DNA of 64,000 bases from Chrysomallon squamiferum (taxonomy: Eukaryota; Animalia; Mollusca). The notes under the pieces are model-generated. The model had not been told where the DNA came from, ran no database searches, and saw only the letters and a program-made list of their open reading frames with translations. Shown here piece by piece: positions 25,901 through 39,413 of this stretch (position 1 is its first letter; each line of letters starts with the position of its first letter). The stretch spans positions 29,636,001-29,700,000 of the forward strand of contig CM022671.1 in NCBI GenBank assembly GCA_012295275.1. Direction: 5' to 3'. The translations under genes were made by a program, and so were the position numbers.

Positions 25901-28900
25901 TTTATCAAAATAATATAAAAAAAAAATAAAAAATAAAAATAAAAAAAGTTACTTAAAAAAATAGCTCTTGATATCAGTTCAAAAGAATGTTAAAAGAATG
26001 TTAAAAGATACTGTTATCAGTTAGAGAAAGAAAATGCAAACCATTTGATTTCATTTCTGACTCGATACTGCTATCATTTGAAAAAAAATAAAAATAAACT
26101 ACCCAAATTCAGTTCTGACAATATACTGTAGTCAGAAAAAAAAAAAAAAAAAAAACCCTACCAGACGGCATACTGAAGGATGCTTTTATGAGTTAGAAAA
26201 ACACATTTTTGACATGATACTGTTAAACCTAGACAAAATAGAAAATAAACTGCCTGTGGGCGTTACTTAAGGATACTGTGACCTATTAGAAAGAAAAGTA
26301 AACTACCTGAGGGCATTTTTCACCAGCTCTGTAAGAATGTAATCCAGAGGAGGCACAATGTATGGAAATGTTCCATTCAGATGTCCATTAAGAGTGACTT
26401 GTGGAGCACGACCATATTTTGCTTCACACACAGATCTGAAATTAAAAAAAGTCTAGATGAATGCACATTCCATGACTTTGTAGAGATATACAACACCCTA
26501 TATGCTAAAAAACTAACACAGTTCTAAACACTTTGTAGTATGGTTATATTTTAAGAATCAACTGTTTTGTAATTATATAAATATGTATGTCTATGTATAC
26601 AAATATATAGCTATTTCTGTGTTCATGTATATTAATGCTACAAGTTGATAACTATATTGAAAACTATTTATTATTTATTTTCTGCTTACTAATAACTAAG
26701 AAATTATGATTTGATTATAAAATTAAACTGGATAAGGATACTTTAAAGTCAATAAAAGATGTCATATTTATATACTACTACTGAGGGACTTTCAGTGGAT
26801 TTTCATAAAAGTGAAGACAAATTAAGTCCAAACAAAACCAAAACAATCTATTTAAAACATCAGTCAGTGTAGATTTTTGTAGAGGAAGGGAAATAACTCA
26901 AAGACTGAGTGTTTTGATTCTAGTTGTTTTTGGAATAGGAATAAAAAACAGTTGCAGAAAAGAAAAGAAAAACAGTGCTTGTAGAGGGGAAGAAGTAGAG
27001 AAAATGAAAAGAAAAATTATCAAGAGAAGGAAAGGAAAAAATTAAAAGAACAGAAAGTATTATGTAATTATTATCACATATATCAATAACAACAATTTTC
27101 TTCAATTCTGTCACTAATCCAAACAATAAAATAACAATCTGCTAACGTTTCACAACTAACAACTAAGATAAAGCAAAAATTTTAAAACTGTTAAGTTAAC
27201 GTACTTGTTTCAAATTATCATTACTATTATTCAAGCTATCAAGAATTTTGTGAAGGCAAGATTTGACACTGTATACCTCTATCCCAGGTTGGCGTCCATC
27301 TTACCTTACAAATTCAGCTTTCTTTTCAATAAGTTTTCGCGGAGAGAACCCCACGTTGATGATGCCCACATGGTTTGGCTGTGAAAAATACAGGTTATCT
27401 AGGACCTTTTCGACAAACCATGTGTATGTTTTAAGAGCACAATTTTCATTACATTATGTTTTGAGAGCATAATTTTCATAATAATCATTTGTGTTTTTTT
27501 TTATATTGAAGTTTCTAACAAACTGATATATAAATGAATAATTAAATATGTAAGTACTTTAATTGAGGCTTATAATATTTGTTTTTTTCAAATAAGCTAG
27601 TTTAGCATAAAAATATTATTGAAGAGTACTTTTTTCAATTAAATAGTGAAGAAATACAGAAATATTTGCAAATTGACTGTTTACATATTATTATTATTAA
27701 TGATTTTACTAGCCATATGCCACATTTTTAATTTAATTTAAACATTTGTTGACTAGCATGTGAGGCCAGGTATAATTTTCAAGTAGAATAATGTGTGTTA
27801 AAAAATCGACAAGTTTCCTTCAGATGAAAATATCATTTGTAAGTTTATAATTTAAAAAAATAACAGTTATAGGTATCAAACTTTAACTTACACATCTTAA
27901 TGACTGTTTTTCATAAGCTAATGATATTCATTTGAAAAATGAATCCAAAAAAAGAATCTGAAGAAATGAGTTTTAATTATTTATGACCCACTGAATTGTG
28001 AAACAGGTTAAAAACAAAAAAATTTAATATATATTCTTCGGCTCTGTAGATAACATAATTATTATTATTAGTTAAGATCTAAAAAAAAAAAAAAAAAAGT
28101 TTTTTTTAAATTTAAATGCTTTTGGAAGATGTCAGTCAGATACAACCAAAATATATATAAAATTGAAATACTTCAAAATTACAAAGCTGAAATTTTAATC
28201 TTTTAATAATAGTCAACAGCAGAGAACTTGTGTCATGAATGATCCATGATCAATTCTTCTCAGTTCACAATGTCACTACACATTACTCCTTTATCCAATG
28301 CCTCGCATCATTAAATCCAAGACTTGTGGTAAGTACATTCCTGTCTTGAGGAAGATGTTTCTAAAAAAATTACTGCTCAAATTTTTTAACTGAATACCCC
28401 ATCCTAAAACAGTGATTGGTACATAAATTTTATCATTGGTGTTTAATCTTTATAATTTTTAAGGCTGGCATCCTCTAGATTAATTTTTATACTAGTCATG
28501 GAACTGCAATGAATTATATGAATAACGTAGTGAAGTTATAAAGATTTATAATTGTTTAGCATTTACCATCACCCCATGTATTTTCAGAACATCCAAAGAG
28601 GTTACTTCTGCCCAGGTGGAGAATAACTGCATTATATTATACTTAAAAAATTATAGATGATATCCAAAAACCATTATTATAAATATATATATATATATAA
28701 AAAAATTAAAGTGTGTATGTATGCATGTATAAACACACATACACATGATGATATTATCAAATAAAAATTAAAATCTTTCTTTATTAACCCTGCTTTTAAT
28801 GTTTCCATCTGTATTTGTTATTGTCAGATTTTTTAACATTATCTCAAAACTGGAAGTTCTCATGTTGTCAGATAATTAAATCTCAAAATGACTTCATTTA

Positions 28901-31900
28901 AATAAATTATATTTATCTGTTTAGCAAATATTTCTGTATGTATCATATCCATGTAACAAAATGTGCATTTGTAAATAAAGAGAATAACTGATAAAACAGT
29001 AATTGAAAAACATATTCTTAATAGTTTAACAATAAACAAAAACATCAAGCAAAATTTCTTTTTCATTATCTATAACAAAAAGTACAGTCAAAGGGAGATA
29101 ATAAAATATTTATGCCTTAGTGTTTTCTTCAATATCTACTTACCAGTTCTGTAAATAAGCAAATGATAATTTGCTACTTTATTACACAAAGCATGTTAAC
29201 AATCAATTAACTAAAAATTAATAGTAAAAGCAGGCAGTCATTAATATTTTTTTTTACATTTATTGTATTTGTGCAAAATATTAATAAAGGTTAGATTTTT
29301 ATTTTTTTTTAAACTGCCAAGGTATTTAGAAAAATGTTAAAACTTTGTTGCTTACCTTTTCATCATGCAGTGACAAATGATGCTCAGCAAGCATGCGAAT
29401 GCCCAGACGAGAGGTCAAGGTCTTGTCGAGAAAAACTTTGATGAGATTGGGATCCTAAAAATAAATAAATAAATTGTAAAATAATGTGTGTATGTGTGTT
29501 ATTTTACAATTTACCATTTATTTATTTACATATCTGTTTAGCTACTTCAAACTGCAAAAAAATAAATATTTTTATCTATTTAATCTATAAATAATAAAAA
29601 TTTACTGGCTACCCTCAAATCTGTTTTTTTCTTTTTTTCTTGGTTGGCAAGATAATTCTACAGAATAAACAGTTCTAGTGCAATAAATAAATAAATGGAA
29701 GAAATGAGCATTAAATTAAGCACTTCTGAATAAAAAATAAATTTGTTGATTAAAAATACCTTAATGTGTTTTTTGGACTCCCTGAACCCTTCTGCGAGAA
29801 GAGTAACAACATCTTTATGGTCGTCAAGCAGATTACGCAGAGTTTCTGAATACTTTGCATCAGTTTCAAAATCAGTTACCTAAAAAAAAAAGTTTTAATT
29901 TTTAAAATATTTATCTCATAAAATACATCAAAAACCATGAAGCAAATGATACAAATGTATGAGATTAAATCAAAATAATAGAGAAAGAAGAGGTAAATTT
30001 TAATTCTGAGTGTATTTCTGTAAAATTAGTGCAAAAAATTATTCGTTTCCATTTGTATTATGCAAAGTGTTTATCATTATCCTAGCTCAAATTATTCATC
30101 TTGTACCTTATTAGTGATATGCATACTTATATAAAATTATGAAAATAACTTCAAAAAAGCATCCTGCTTTTTTTTAGGTATGTATGTTATTGAAGGTAAA
30201 TAATGAAAGAAATAATGTTTAACTTACAGGAGGAAATTCTGACAAGATGTGGAAGGCTCTAATGTAAAGTTCATGCTGAAAAATGTAAATGTTATTGAAA
30301 AAAAAAAATCATAACATACACACATAGACAAGAAGACAGACAGATGGACAGAAACACACACACAAATACTGTATACAAGAAATAAATGAATAAAAAGAAT
30401 GTTTTTATGTTGATAATAAGGTCCATTACAGACAAAAAGCCTTTGCTGGTCCACAAAAAATGCATTGACCATTTGACAATATATAAAATATTTTAATAAC
30501 AGAACAAGCAATGACACCTTCACTTTTCCTACATGAACAGTATGTTTAGTGCAGTGAAAACAACAACAACAACAAAAACATACTATTTGCTGTAATAAAG
30601 ATATTTAGCAGAATCAAATAAGAACAATGTTTTTATAAAACAACTTTAATACAGAGGAAATATTTTAAATGGGAAATATTTTAGTGGTTTAAAATGAAAT
30701 GAATTAAATTACAAATTCATATGAACATGAAAAGAATGGCACATAACAGAGCAACTAACGTTGATGATATGCATGAATAAGATAATAAAGTTGTTATCAA
30801 AACTTTAAGTGCTGAGTCATTCAGATACAGAGATTTGTACTGTTTGTATTTCAGCTGTCTTTGGGCCCCTGAACATATTTCACATAACTGTTACAACAAG
30901 TAGATCTTTTCAGAAGATTAACAATGTGGCACATTAACATAACAATAGACTATATACAAAACACACTTCATTGTTAACAAATAAAACCAACACTCATTAT
31001 TACTGATTTTTAATCCTTTGAACTTTACATGATACAAAAGCATTAATCAGTACATACAGTATCTTCATCACGGCCTATGACAGTATGCACAAACAAAATC
31101 CATATATGCTATTGATCCTTTTAAGTTACTACGTGACTGATTAACAGGAATAATATGTTCACAATGGCACTGATTTGAATTCTCACTGATGGGTCTTTAG
31201 TGCATATAAAAGCTCAAAGTATGTATGAAGACTTCAATAGAATGTAATAATTATGAAAGTGGATCTTTTATAACAGTATATACTCAATGAAATGTTAATA
31301 AAATCAAATTTTAAGTTTTATAAATGTCAGTTTTGTTAACATTCATTATATTCATTAACATTCACTATATGCAGAAATTACTGAACTGTTCATATATATA
31401 TATATGCATGTAAGTAGGTGTGTATGTATGTATGTGCGTGTTCATGTGCATGTATATGTGTGTGTGTGTGTGTGTGTGTATGTGACATTATTTTGGCTTG
31501 TAATACTTTAACATATGTCATCAACATGTTTTTCAAATACACCTGTATCAACATTTAACTTGATCTGAAATGATTATATATAGCTGACACAATAACAAAT
31601 ATATAGGTTTCATTATTATTGTTTTATATACACAGAGAGATGGACTCACCACTTCCAGAATGGTTGGATTACACCCTACAATAAAAGGCAGATTCCTGAA
31701 GCCAGCAATTCGGTGGGCAATGCGAACAGGTAATTCTTTGTGAAGGTACTGAGCACTGCGCTGAAAAGCAAAATGAATAAACACATTTTAATTTTTATTA
31801 TTAAAGCTATAATCTTCAAAACTATCAGACATTAGAAGTTTCAGTTTTAGATTACGTAATACTGACTACTTTGTGAAAATTTTATATAGTGTAAGAATTT

Positions 31901-32155
31901 TTAATGTTTTTTTTTTCCATACTTCTTTATTTCAAACTAAGCTAGTTGGCTTTTTAAATTTACATTTAAGCATTTTTTCTTCTTTTTTTCTCACAAATTT
32001 GACAGTAAAATTCATGTCATCATTGCCATTTTGTTATCCAACCACTATATTTTTTTTACATTTGACAAATGTCAAACCAGTATTTCCCAACACTGTTAAA
32101 ATTAGTTTTTAATAACATTAATTCTTTTCTTATAATTCTTATTTATTTATTTATT

Positions 32156-32197
<42 letters not shown>

Positions 32198-34361
32198 TCA
32201 CAGGCACACCTATATATATAAACATAATATATCAATCATGGACATCTGTTTCAAACATTTGTGCAACTTATTACGATCAAACAGAATGCTGTGTAATCTA
32301 ATACAACAGCAACACAAAAATAATAAACCTATTTTTTATTTCATATTCTGTTATTTTTATTTTTATTTTTTTTTTGTTATTAAAATTCAAATTTTTATCA
32401 TCAGAAACCAAACCTCATAAAATTAAACCTAAAAAATGCTAAATTTATTGAGTTTTTTTTTTTTGCTACACAAAAGTCATTAGACAAATAAAGTATCTTT
32501 TAAAAAACCATTTTTTTTGCCCATCTTCCGTTTATCTATTGCTTAATCAGTTTTAAAAACAGCATTGTGCATTTGATCCTAGTAGAGATTAGAGATATTA
32601 CACACCATTCACCAATACAAGTCATGATTGATGTAATACAATATTAGTAATAGCAGCTTGTGCTATGCATACAGGAAACTGTCTTATAATGCAGTAAACA
32701 CCATTGACCAATGACATGGCAGTCAGAATGGTAACACGAAACTGCTGTTGCTGAGGCTGGCCAAGTATAAACATCCTTTTGACATTCAGATAAACAATCC
32801 AGTTGTAAATATGTCTGACAGAAAAAAGAAGAGGCGGCCAAGGTTGCTATGACCTTTCTTGAGTTATTTATATTTTATTTGTGTACAAAGAAGATCTGTA
32901 TTAAAGTTAGTGAAAAAAAGAAGAGCAGGTCAAATAGGCTTGTATTTCACATGACAAAAGTCACAACAACAATGAGTAGCCAAAATATGATTTCTGACCT
33001 CTTTTTTTTCTCTTAAATATAACCACAATCAAGATAATACTGTTATTATCCTTAGGAAGATTAAGATTCCTGCCATAACTATGAGCCTATAAAAAGATTA
33101 CAGACCAAGGAAACATCTGCTTTCTGATTTAACATTATTCAGTACTAACTTAATTCCAACATTCAGAATTTTAAGATGAAGTTCATTTTGGTTAATGACA
33201 GTTATAAAAACTAGATTCATTTATTCAAATTCATATTTCTTTTTTTATACCATATGCACATACACTTTTTTTTTCTTTTTTTAATGTTGTTACCCTTTTC
33301 AAACCAGAACAAGATCCCAACTTTTTAAAATAAAATATTCAAAAATAATTAATATATACAACAAAAAAATAATTTTCTTTTTAAAAACCAGATTCAATGA
33401 ATAATGTGGTTTTTCTGTTTCCAATTTAAATAAAATACCAATTTATGTATTTTCACTGATTCAACACAGATATTAGTCTGACAAAAGAAATGAAGTCTGG
33501 TTAAGGTTGTTGTTCCTATACAAAGAAACTGGGTCAAGGCAGGGCACTCAAATTATTACACAGACTAGATATTTGAGGCTGGAAAGGTTAATGGCTTGAA
33601 AATGAGCTTAAGGTTTCTGACTGGGAGATTTTTTTTTTTCGCAAGAAAGAAACTGCAGCCAAAATAAATAATAGGCTGCAACAAGTCTCTTGTTTGGGTT
33701 TCTGCAAACAAATATATATTTTTTTTTTATTTTTTTGTTTTCTTTCTCCCTTTCCTTTTGTCTTTCCAATGCCAGCTGACGTCATTTGTTTTCCTTCAAG
33801 ATATCTGATCTTCTGTGGCCATTGGTAATGGATCAAATATATATAGGCCTAAACAAAATCTTGTTTTAATTTTATAAAATCAATCAAACTACAGATTTTC
33901 GCTCTAATATTATTATTACATGGAAATGTTATATTTGACCTGTATGTATAAAATAAATAAAATAAATAAATAAAACCTCTTTCTTTCTCAGTAACATTTT
34001 ATTTATTTTTATTTTTATTTATTGTATTTATTTTATTTTATTTTTTTTGGTATTTTAGGTTACTGTTGTATCATTATGCTAATATCTGATGTTCTTGTTT
34101 TCTTTTAAATTATTACTATTCTTTACATGCGAAGTGCATAAAGGTGATTTTTCTGGTAACCTTCAGGAAGGTGACTTGGAATGTATCAAGTTGTCTTTGA
34201 AATAGATATCTTTTTTTTCTGATTACATAATTACAAGAGTGTAAAATGACATCATAAAATATTGTAAATGTATATCTAACTTGTTTCCACAATCACATAA
34301 GAATTATAACCTTGTATCATTTAATTATATTTAATAACAGGATTAAACAGTGAATAAAAAA

Positions 34362-34402
<41 letters not shown>

Positions 34403-37019
34403 TTCACACTTACTCTAAATATTCACATTACTTCAATATTTTCAGACTGTGAGTTTAAATAGTTCATAAGTTGAACAACCTTTTACATTGACTTTAATAA
34501 CAACCTGGTTATCTGATTGTGGTGACATCTAATCAACAATAATCACTGAACACCTTGATCCCAATACACCATACAATGAAACATGTGCCACATACACATT
34601 TTTGGGATTTTTTTGGTTCATCCATTTTCAACAGATTCATTACTGAATGATTCTTCAACATACTGGCTTATGTGGGGACAGGAAAAAAAAAAAAAAAAAT
34701 ACAATATGCAAAAGGCTATATATGTTCATGTTAAAAAATGCATGTAGCCTTCTTCTCCAATTACCAAACAACCAATGATAGTTCAGGGGTAAAGGGAAGG
34801 GGAAGTTTCATAGTATTCTACTGTTACAGTAATAAATCTGTATTACGTTAAGTCTAATAATAAATATTTGTCATTCCAACCCTCCAAAAACCTGTATCAA
34901 AGTCCAGCATTGTTTCAAGAATGTAAAATTTAATATATAAATGACCTTCATTTACTGGCAAGTTGATGCCTTATTTTATTTTATATTTCTGATTTCTTTT
35001 TTAATGATTATTATTATTATTTTAAAAAAAAAATTATTTATTTTTTTATCTCCCCCTCCATTTTTAGATAAACAGTATTAAAAACTGTTATTTTATAAGC
35101 TGTATCTAGCTTTTAATAGGGAATTTTCTAATACAGGACTGGTAACTTAACAGAGTTAGGCTAACAATGTAACATAAAAACATTTTACAAGTCGACACCT
35201 TTTCATTTTTTATAACGATCATTATCTATTTGAATGAAAAAAAGTATTGATTGATTATTTATTTTCCCTCCACTCATTTTTCATATATCACAAACAAGCA
35301 AACAAGACAAGTGTTTTATGATATCAAAATGTTGGATATGTACCAAGTGATACTCAACGTATCTTTTTGACCTCACGTCTGTCTCTTAAAAAACTGTTGG
35401 TTCTGACAGATTTGTTGTAACACAGGTTAACAGATGACATAAAATTACTTACCAGAATATGACTGTTGTCAGCACTTTTGCCAGCATATAAAATAGCAGC
35501 TGGAGTAAGGCGTACTGATGGCTGAAAAAATGAAAATAATAATAATAATAATTTAAAATAATTTATATCAGAGAACTGGAATATTTCAATAAACCTTTTT
35601 ACAGTGTTACACTTTACCATGAATTACAACAAACAATGACAACAAAATAACTGATGAACTCATATTGACGTGAACATACATATACAACTACAAAAATGTG
35701 TAATGCAAATAAATAAAATCAGAATAATCTGTGTTTTGATTTTTCTTTGTTTTAAACCATTTCTTGATTTTAACTGAATTATGAAGGAATAAATATTCAA
35801 AATTTATATTATTTATAAAGCAAATAAACGAAATGACATTCAAAGTCATCTAAAAAAAAATCTTAATTTACAATTTTAAGCTTTTTTAAGGCCATGTGCA
35901 CTCATAAAATTACCAGTTTTGGATGGTTTTGAGAATTTTTTTAGACTGTTTAACATATCTACACTTAATATATGTGGCGCTTTTAATAAATTTTTATGAT
36001 CACTCATCTTGATAAGGAACGGAGTTTTGGTGGGGTTTTTTTAAAAATATTTTACCTTATTTTTTTTTATATTTTTATATTATTCTATTTTTTTAAAAAT
36101 AAAAATATTAAATCATTAATACTGATAACAAATGTGAACCCTAATACATTTGCAATATGCTTTGAAGTATGACTCAGTTGGTGCATTTCAATGGTCAGAT
36201 TTAATTATTATACCATTAATAAAACATGACACTTCGAAAGTATGAAAGCCATACTATTCAGCAACAGCCTTCTTTGCTGTGCTTTTGTATTTTCACCTTC
36301 AGTTGCTACGGTCACATTAATAATATGAATCTACAGAGAATGGGTTACATTTTGATTTATGATTCAGCCTTTTTCAATGTTTGGATTTCACCTTTGTGTC
36401 ACTAATAAAATATGCCATTATTAAAGTGCACAAAGTCGTTTACTCTTCAGTAGGCTAATGCCCATCCCAGTTCTATATTAATACTTTTCACTCAGTATAT
36501 TACTTAGCCTTTAATAAATATGAACTACAAAAAAGAAATAAAATTATAAATAATAAAATAAAAAACCAAACAAAGTTAAAATTTGGTTACATTTTGAAGT
36601 ATGACTCAGCTGATTGCCTTTTACAATGCTCAGATTTCACCAGTGTACCATTAACAGAGCATGTCACATCGTACAGCACACCCATCTACCAGGCTGTGTC
36701 TTATTCTGTATTTATATTTCTTACAGACTGAGTGGAGATAAGTAAGCTGATCACAAAATCAGTTTATTTACTATTCCAGTCATGGTACATAAACAACAAC
36801 AATAACATATTATATCCATATACTTAAAACTATCATAATGTTGCTGAAATCTAAATATCCCAGCTCTTATATATTTTAAAATATTTATAATAACAGAAAT
36901 AAGGTCACTGAACTGGTTTGAAGCTAAATGTTGTTTTGTTATGGTGGTGGTGCTCTTTCTTTATTTCTTTTTCCATTTTTTTTTTTTTTTTTTTTTTTTT
37001 GTTGTTGTTTTAGGAGGGG

Positions 37020-37073
<54 letters not shown>

Positions 37074-37469
37074 TTTTATTTTAATATTATTATTATTTTT
37101 TAAATATAGCCTATTATCTAACATCATTATTTGAAATAATTCTAAAATAATGTCACTATTTTAATTTATTATTAAGGATCTAATGTAAGAATATTAAATG
37201 ATTTATATGTCTATTAAAAAGTATTATTCTATAACATACTGCTGATGTAATAAATTTTGTCGATCAGCTGATCGTCTTACCTTGGCTGCTGCCTGATCAA
37301 TGGCGCTTTGATAATAGAAAGATGTAACAGATCTGGACCTTTCTTTTTCTTGATAATCGTCAGTAGCTCTGTTGAAGACTTCATCTGATAAAGTTCTATA
37401 CAAACATGTCAGCGGCACACCCAGTTTTTGGCGAATCATGAAAGATCCAAACGAACGCTGAACTGCCAT
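19617..37469 (-). CDS. BCKDK: Branched-chain alpha-ketoacid dehydrogenase kinase, 412 aa; exons 37469-37281, 35521-35453, 31760-31650, 30275-30228, 29879-29760, 29454-29356, 27378-27305, 26435-26307, 23661-23572, 20516-20352, 19761-19617
   Basis: Joined exons total 1239 nt and read [28 protein letters not shown]...[39 protein letters not shown]...[15 protein letters not shown]...[14 protein letters not shown]...ELVKNALR...ISDRGGGI...[18 protein letters not shown]...[28 protein letters not shown]1 and G2 boxes are present; all introns GT-AG. Confidence 0.97.
19780..20155. repeat. (AAT)n microsatellite and decayed extension in BCKDK intron 10
   Basis: Long aat run; explains the poly-Ile/Asn ORFs in the track. 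Confidence 0.95.
21736..22926 (+). CDS. Orphan 396-aa protein, single coding exon, nested antisense in BCKDK intron 9
   Basis: 1191-nt stop-free frame in AT-rich DNA; in-frame upstream TAA at 21718; higher GC/CpG than flanks; candidate 5' UTR intron 21441-21649; AATAAA 23048-23053 followed by a GT/T-rich element. No recognisable domain. Confidence 0.8.
   Translation: MMGHKREKREKQDIGETYATYWIRKHQAEMCRYQPIVRENSMVTLRTNRIPEKAFVREGSLMNMKSSPRKNNELNFARDLTLSGEPAFYRDHNSLRETAFFHDHSSYCDQYASCHNSDLMMDGNSGMGDSVGKQSLNYAGSAFLPEKSRKLFERWDSNQENFAIPQRKYTILPQIGNPRFISVQDTRHQFANQLDYSRDNFERDADFFADYNKSLCHEEIRTAKGVPLPPLNSVPPRLKFNFVQKTQDDISEETSRCFTNSMTLSDNLATSTLDEFSDDDSMITSANAENMKSVQAENTLSNKPNNPCDGEVKDGNLTDDFEDESVSEKGKEDMKTGHINKTGMEKQSISKQLEKPDETACKNKEKKPGTSCSDKTANIQKPTNSTFHKTVRKFMR
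23048..23095 (+). terminator. PolyA signal and downstream GU/U-rich element of the nested gene
   Basis: AATAAA 122 nt after the stop, then ggtgtgtatctttttcattttgttttttcc. Confidence 0.6.
25965..26318 (-). repeat. Decayed ~55-60 bp tandem repeat whose terminal unit contains the BCKDK exon-8 donor (26306)
   Basis: On +: gaaaagtaaactacctgagggcat (functional), gaaaataaactgcctgtgggcgttacttaaggatactgtg, aaaccctaccagacggcatactgaaggatgctt, aaaataaactacccaaattcagttctgacaatatactgta, plus further gatactg...gaaa units. Confidence 0.65.
36155..36735. repeat. Three degenerate ~150-180 bp direct repeats in BCKDK intron 1
   Basis: tttgaagtatgactcagttggtgcatttcaatggtcagattt (36161), ttacattttgatttatgattcagcctttttcaatgtttggatttcacc (36345), ttacattttgaagtatgactcagctgattgccttttacaatgctcagatttcacc (36587). 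Confidence 0.75.
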
Positions 37470-37499
37470 TGTGAAGGTTCGACGGAAAACGTACACAGT

Positions 37500-39410
37500 A
37501 GACTGAGTAGTGATTTATAGCTGTCGTATTACTTCAAATAAAACACAACACCACGGGTTTTCCCAACAAGTTACTGCTATACATAGTGGTTAGAGGAAAG
37601 TTCATACTCTAGAGTTTGGTTTCCTAGTCTTTTGTGACGATATACTGAATAAAAACGTAAATAAGTGGGTCCGCATCGACCCATTCTCCGTCTCTTTTTT
37701 CTTCGGTTCTTCTCGGTTACACTTCCTCTGCGCAAACTCTGGAAAACATTTTGCGGCAGGTCACGTGATATATTCGAGTTTATCCAAATGGCCAAGATAT
37801 ACCAAACTGCGACAAATTAATCAAAACAAATAACAAATGAAAAAAAAAATTAAGAATAGTAATACAATTTTGGAAAAAATTATGAGATACGATATTAATA
37901 ATTTTTGGAACTGTTAAATGATTAACGAGATTAGACAAATATTCTCATCCTCTTAATGATACTATTATTTATTGTAAGAAAATTCAGATTGTGCGAGATA
38001 TGAAATAAAGAAATAACTTGTCAAAATTGTTTCAGGTTGTTTATGTAAGAACCGATATGACCAGTATATTTATATTATCTTCAGAAAAGAATTTCCTTTC
38101 AGATCTGTCACTGAATCTAAATGGTATGCAAGAAGAAAACACATTTTCTAGAAGCTTATACACCTGGAATATACTAAATAATTAATTACAGATAAAAAAA
38201 TAATAATAAAAAAAAAAAAAAAAAATTGTATTTTGCTGGCATAGATTATATTTTAAATCAGTAGTAGTAGCTGTTGTTATAGCAGAAGCAGGAGTAGTAG
38301 CGATAGAAGTAGCAGCAGTAGTAGTTGTAGCAGTAGCAGGACGAGGAAAAAGAGTAATGAACATGATTTTAAAAAGATGACGAACATAATAAATTAGCAC
38401 TCAGAAAATATAAATGAATAATGTTCAAAAGATAAATAATATATATGTAACCGCGAGCAGGTTTTAAATATGAATTATTCATTATATAACTGTTTAATAA
38501 TTCATCAGAGAAACCATCTGAACAGAGTTTATGAAATTCTGACATATTCAGACAGACAGTGGCGTCTCGAAAATTTGAATATACAAATTTTGTGGAATAG
38601 TAGTCTTGTTGGAAAAGGGGAAGAGAAAAAAAACCAAATAAATCTAACAACCAACCGTATCTACGAAAAAAAAAAAAAATAATAATAATAATAATTTGTT
38701 TGATTAACACAGTATTAAGGGTGTACGTATGTATAATAATAATTATTATTTTTGATACAGCCAAAGTCATAGATGAAATAATATTTAATATTTCTACATG
38801 TAATTCTGGGTGTTACTGGACATTTAACTGATGTTACCGAAAAATTACAGCTCACCACCTCAAGTAAATAACCCGTTAGTGTCGCTGCTAGAGATGTGTG
38901 TATCCGGGTATTTTTAGATGCTAAAGGGTAAAAAAAAAAAAAAAAAAAAGACTTCAAAACGTCACGTGTATCATTGATAATCCGAAGTCAAGCGTACAGG
39001 CCATCCTCATGATAATCACATGATGTTCTTCGTGTTATCGTAAACGTATCGATTATATTAACGAATATTTTAAATAAACTTCCTTTATTTTTAATTTTAG
39101 CAAAAGGAACATAAATTTATATTGTGTAATCAATCAATTTTGAGAAATATTTTATTTATAAGGGATAATATAAATTTATGCCAGCCCATAGCGGTTGTTA
39201 ACACGATATATATATTTAAACAGGTGTTTTCAGTGGTTAAAAAAAAATAAAAATAGACTTTCCTCGGAAAATCTGTCATGCGTATAGCGATGATCTTGTG
39301 ATTTTTCTTAGATGGGAACATATGGATGTACATTTTAAAATATTTATTTATATATCTATATACATTTCCTCATTCTTTGTGGGTGTTTTACAGAAAGAAC
39401 CAGAAAAATA
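37500..39410. promoter_or_regulatory. Divergent BCKDK / NCLX-like promoter region; CpG-enriched, with E-box/CLEAR-like sites GTCACGTGAT (37760-37769) and GTCACGTGTA (38961-38970)
   Basis: Start codons 1.9 kb apart on opposite strands; CpG visibly denser at 37500-37820 and 38870-39065 than in flanking introns; motifs read directly. Confidence 0.65.
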
Positions 39411-39413
39411 AAA

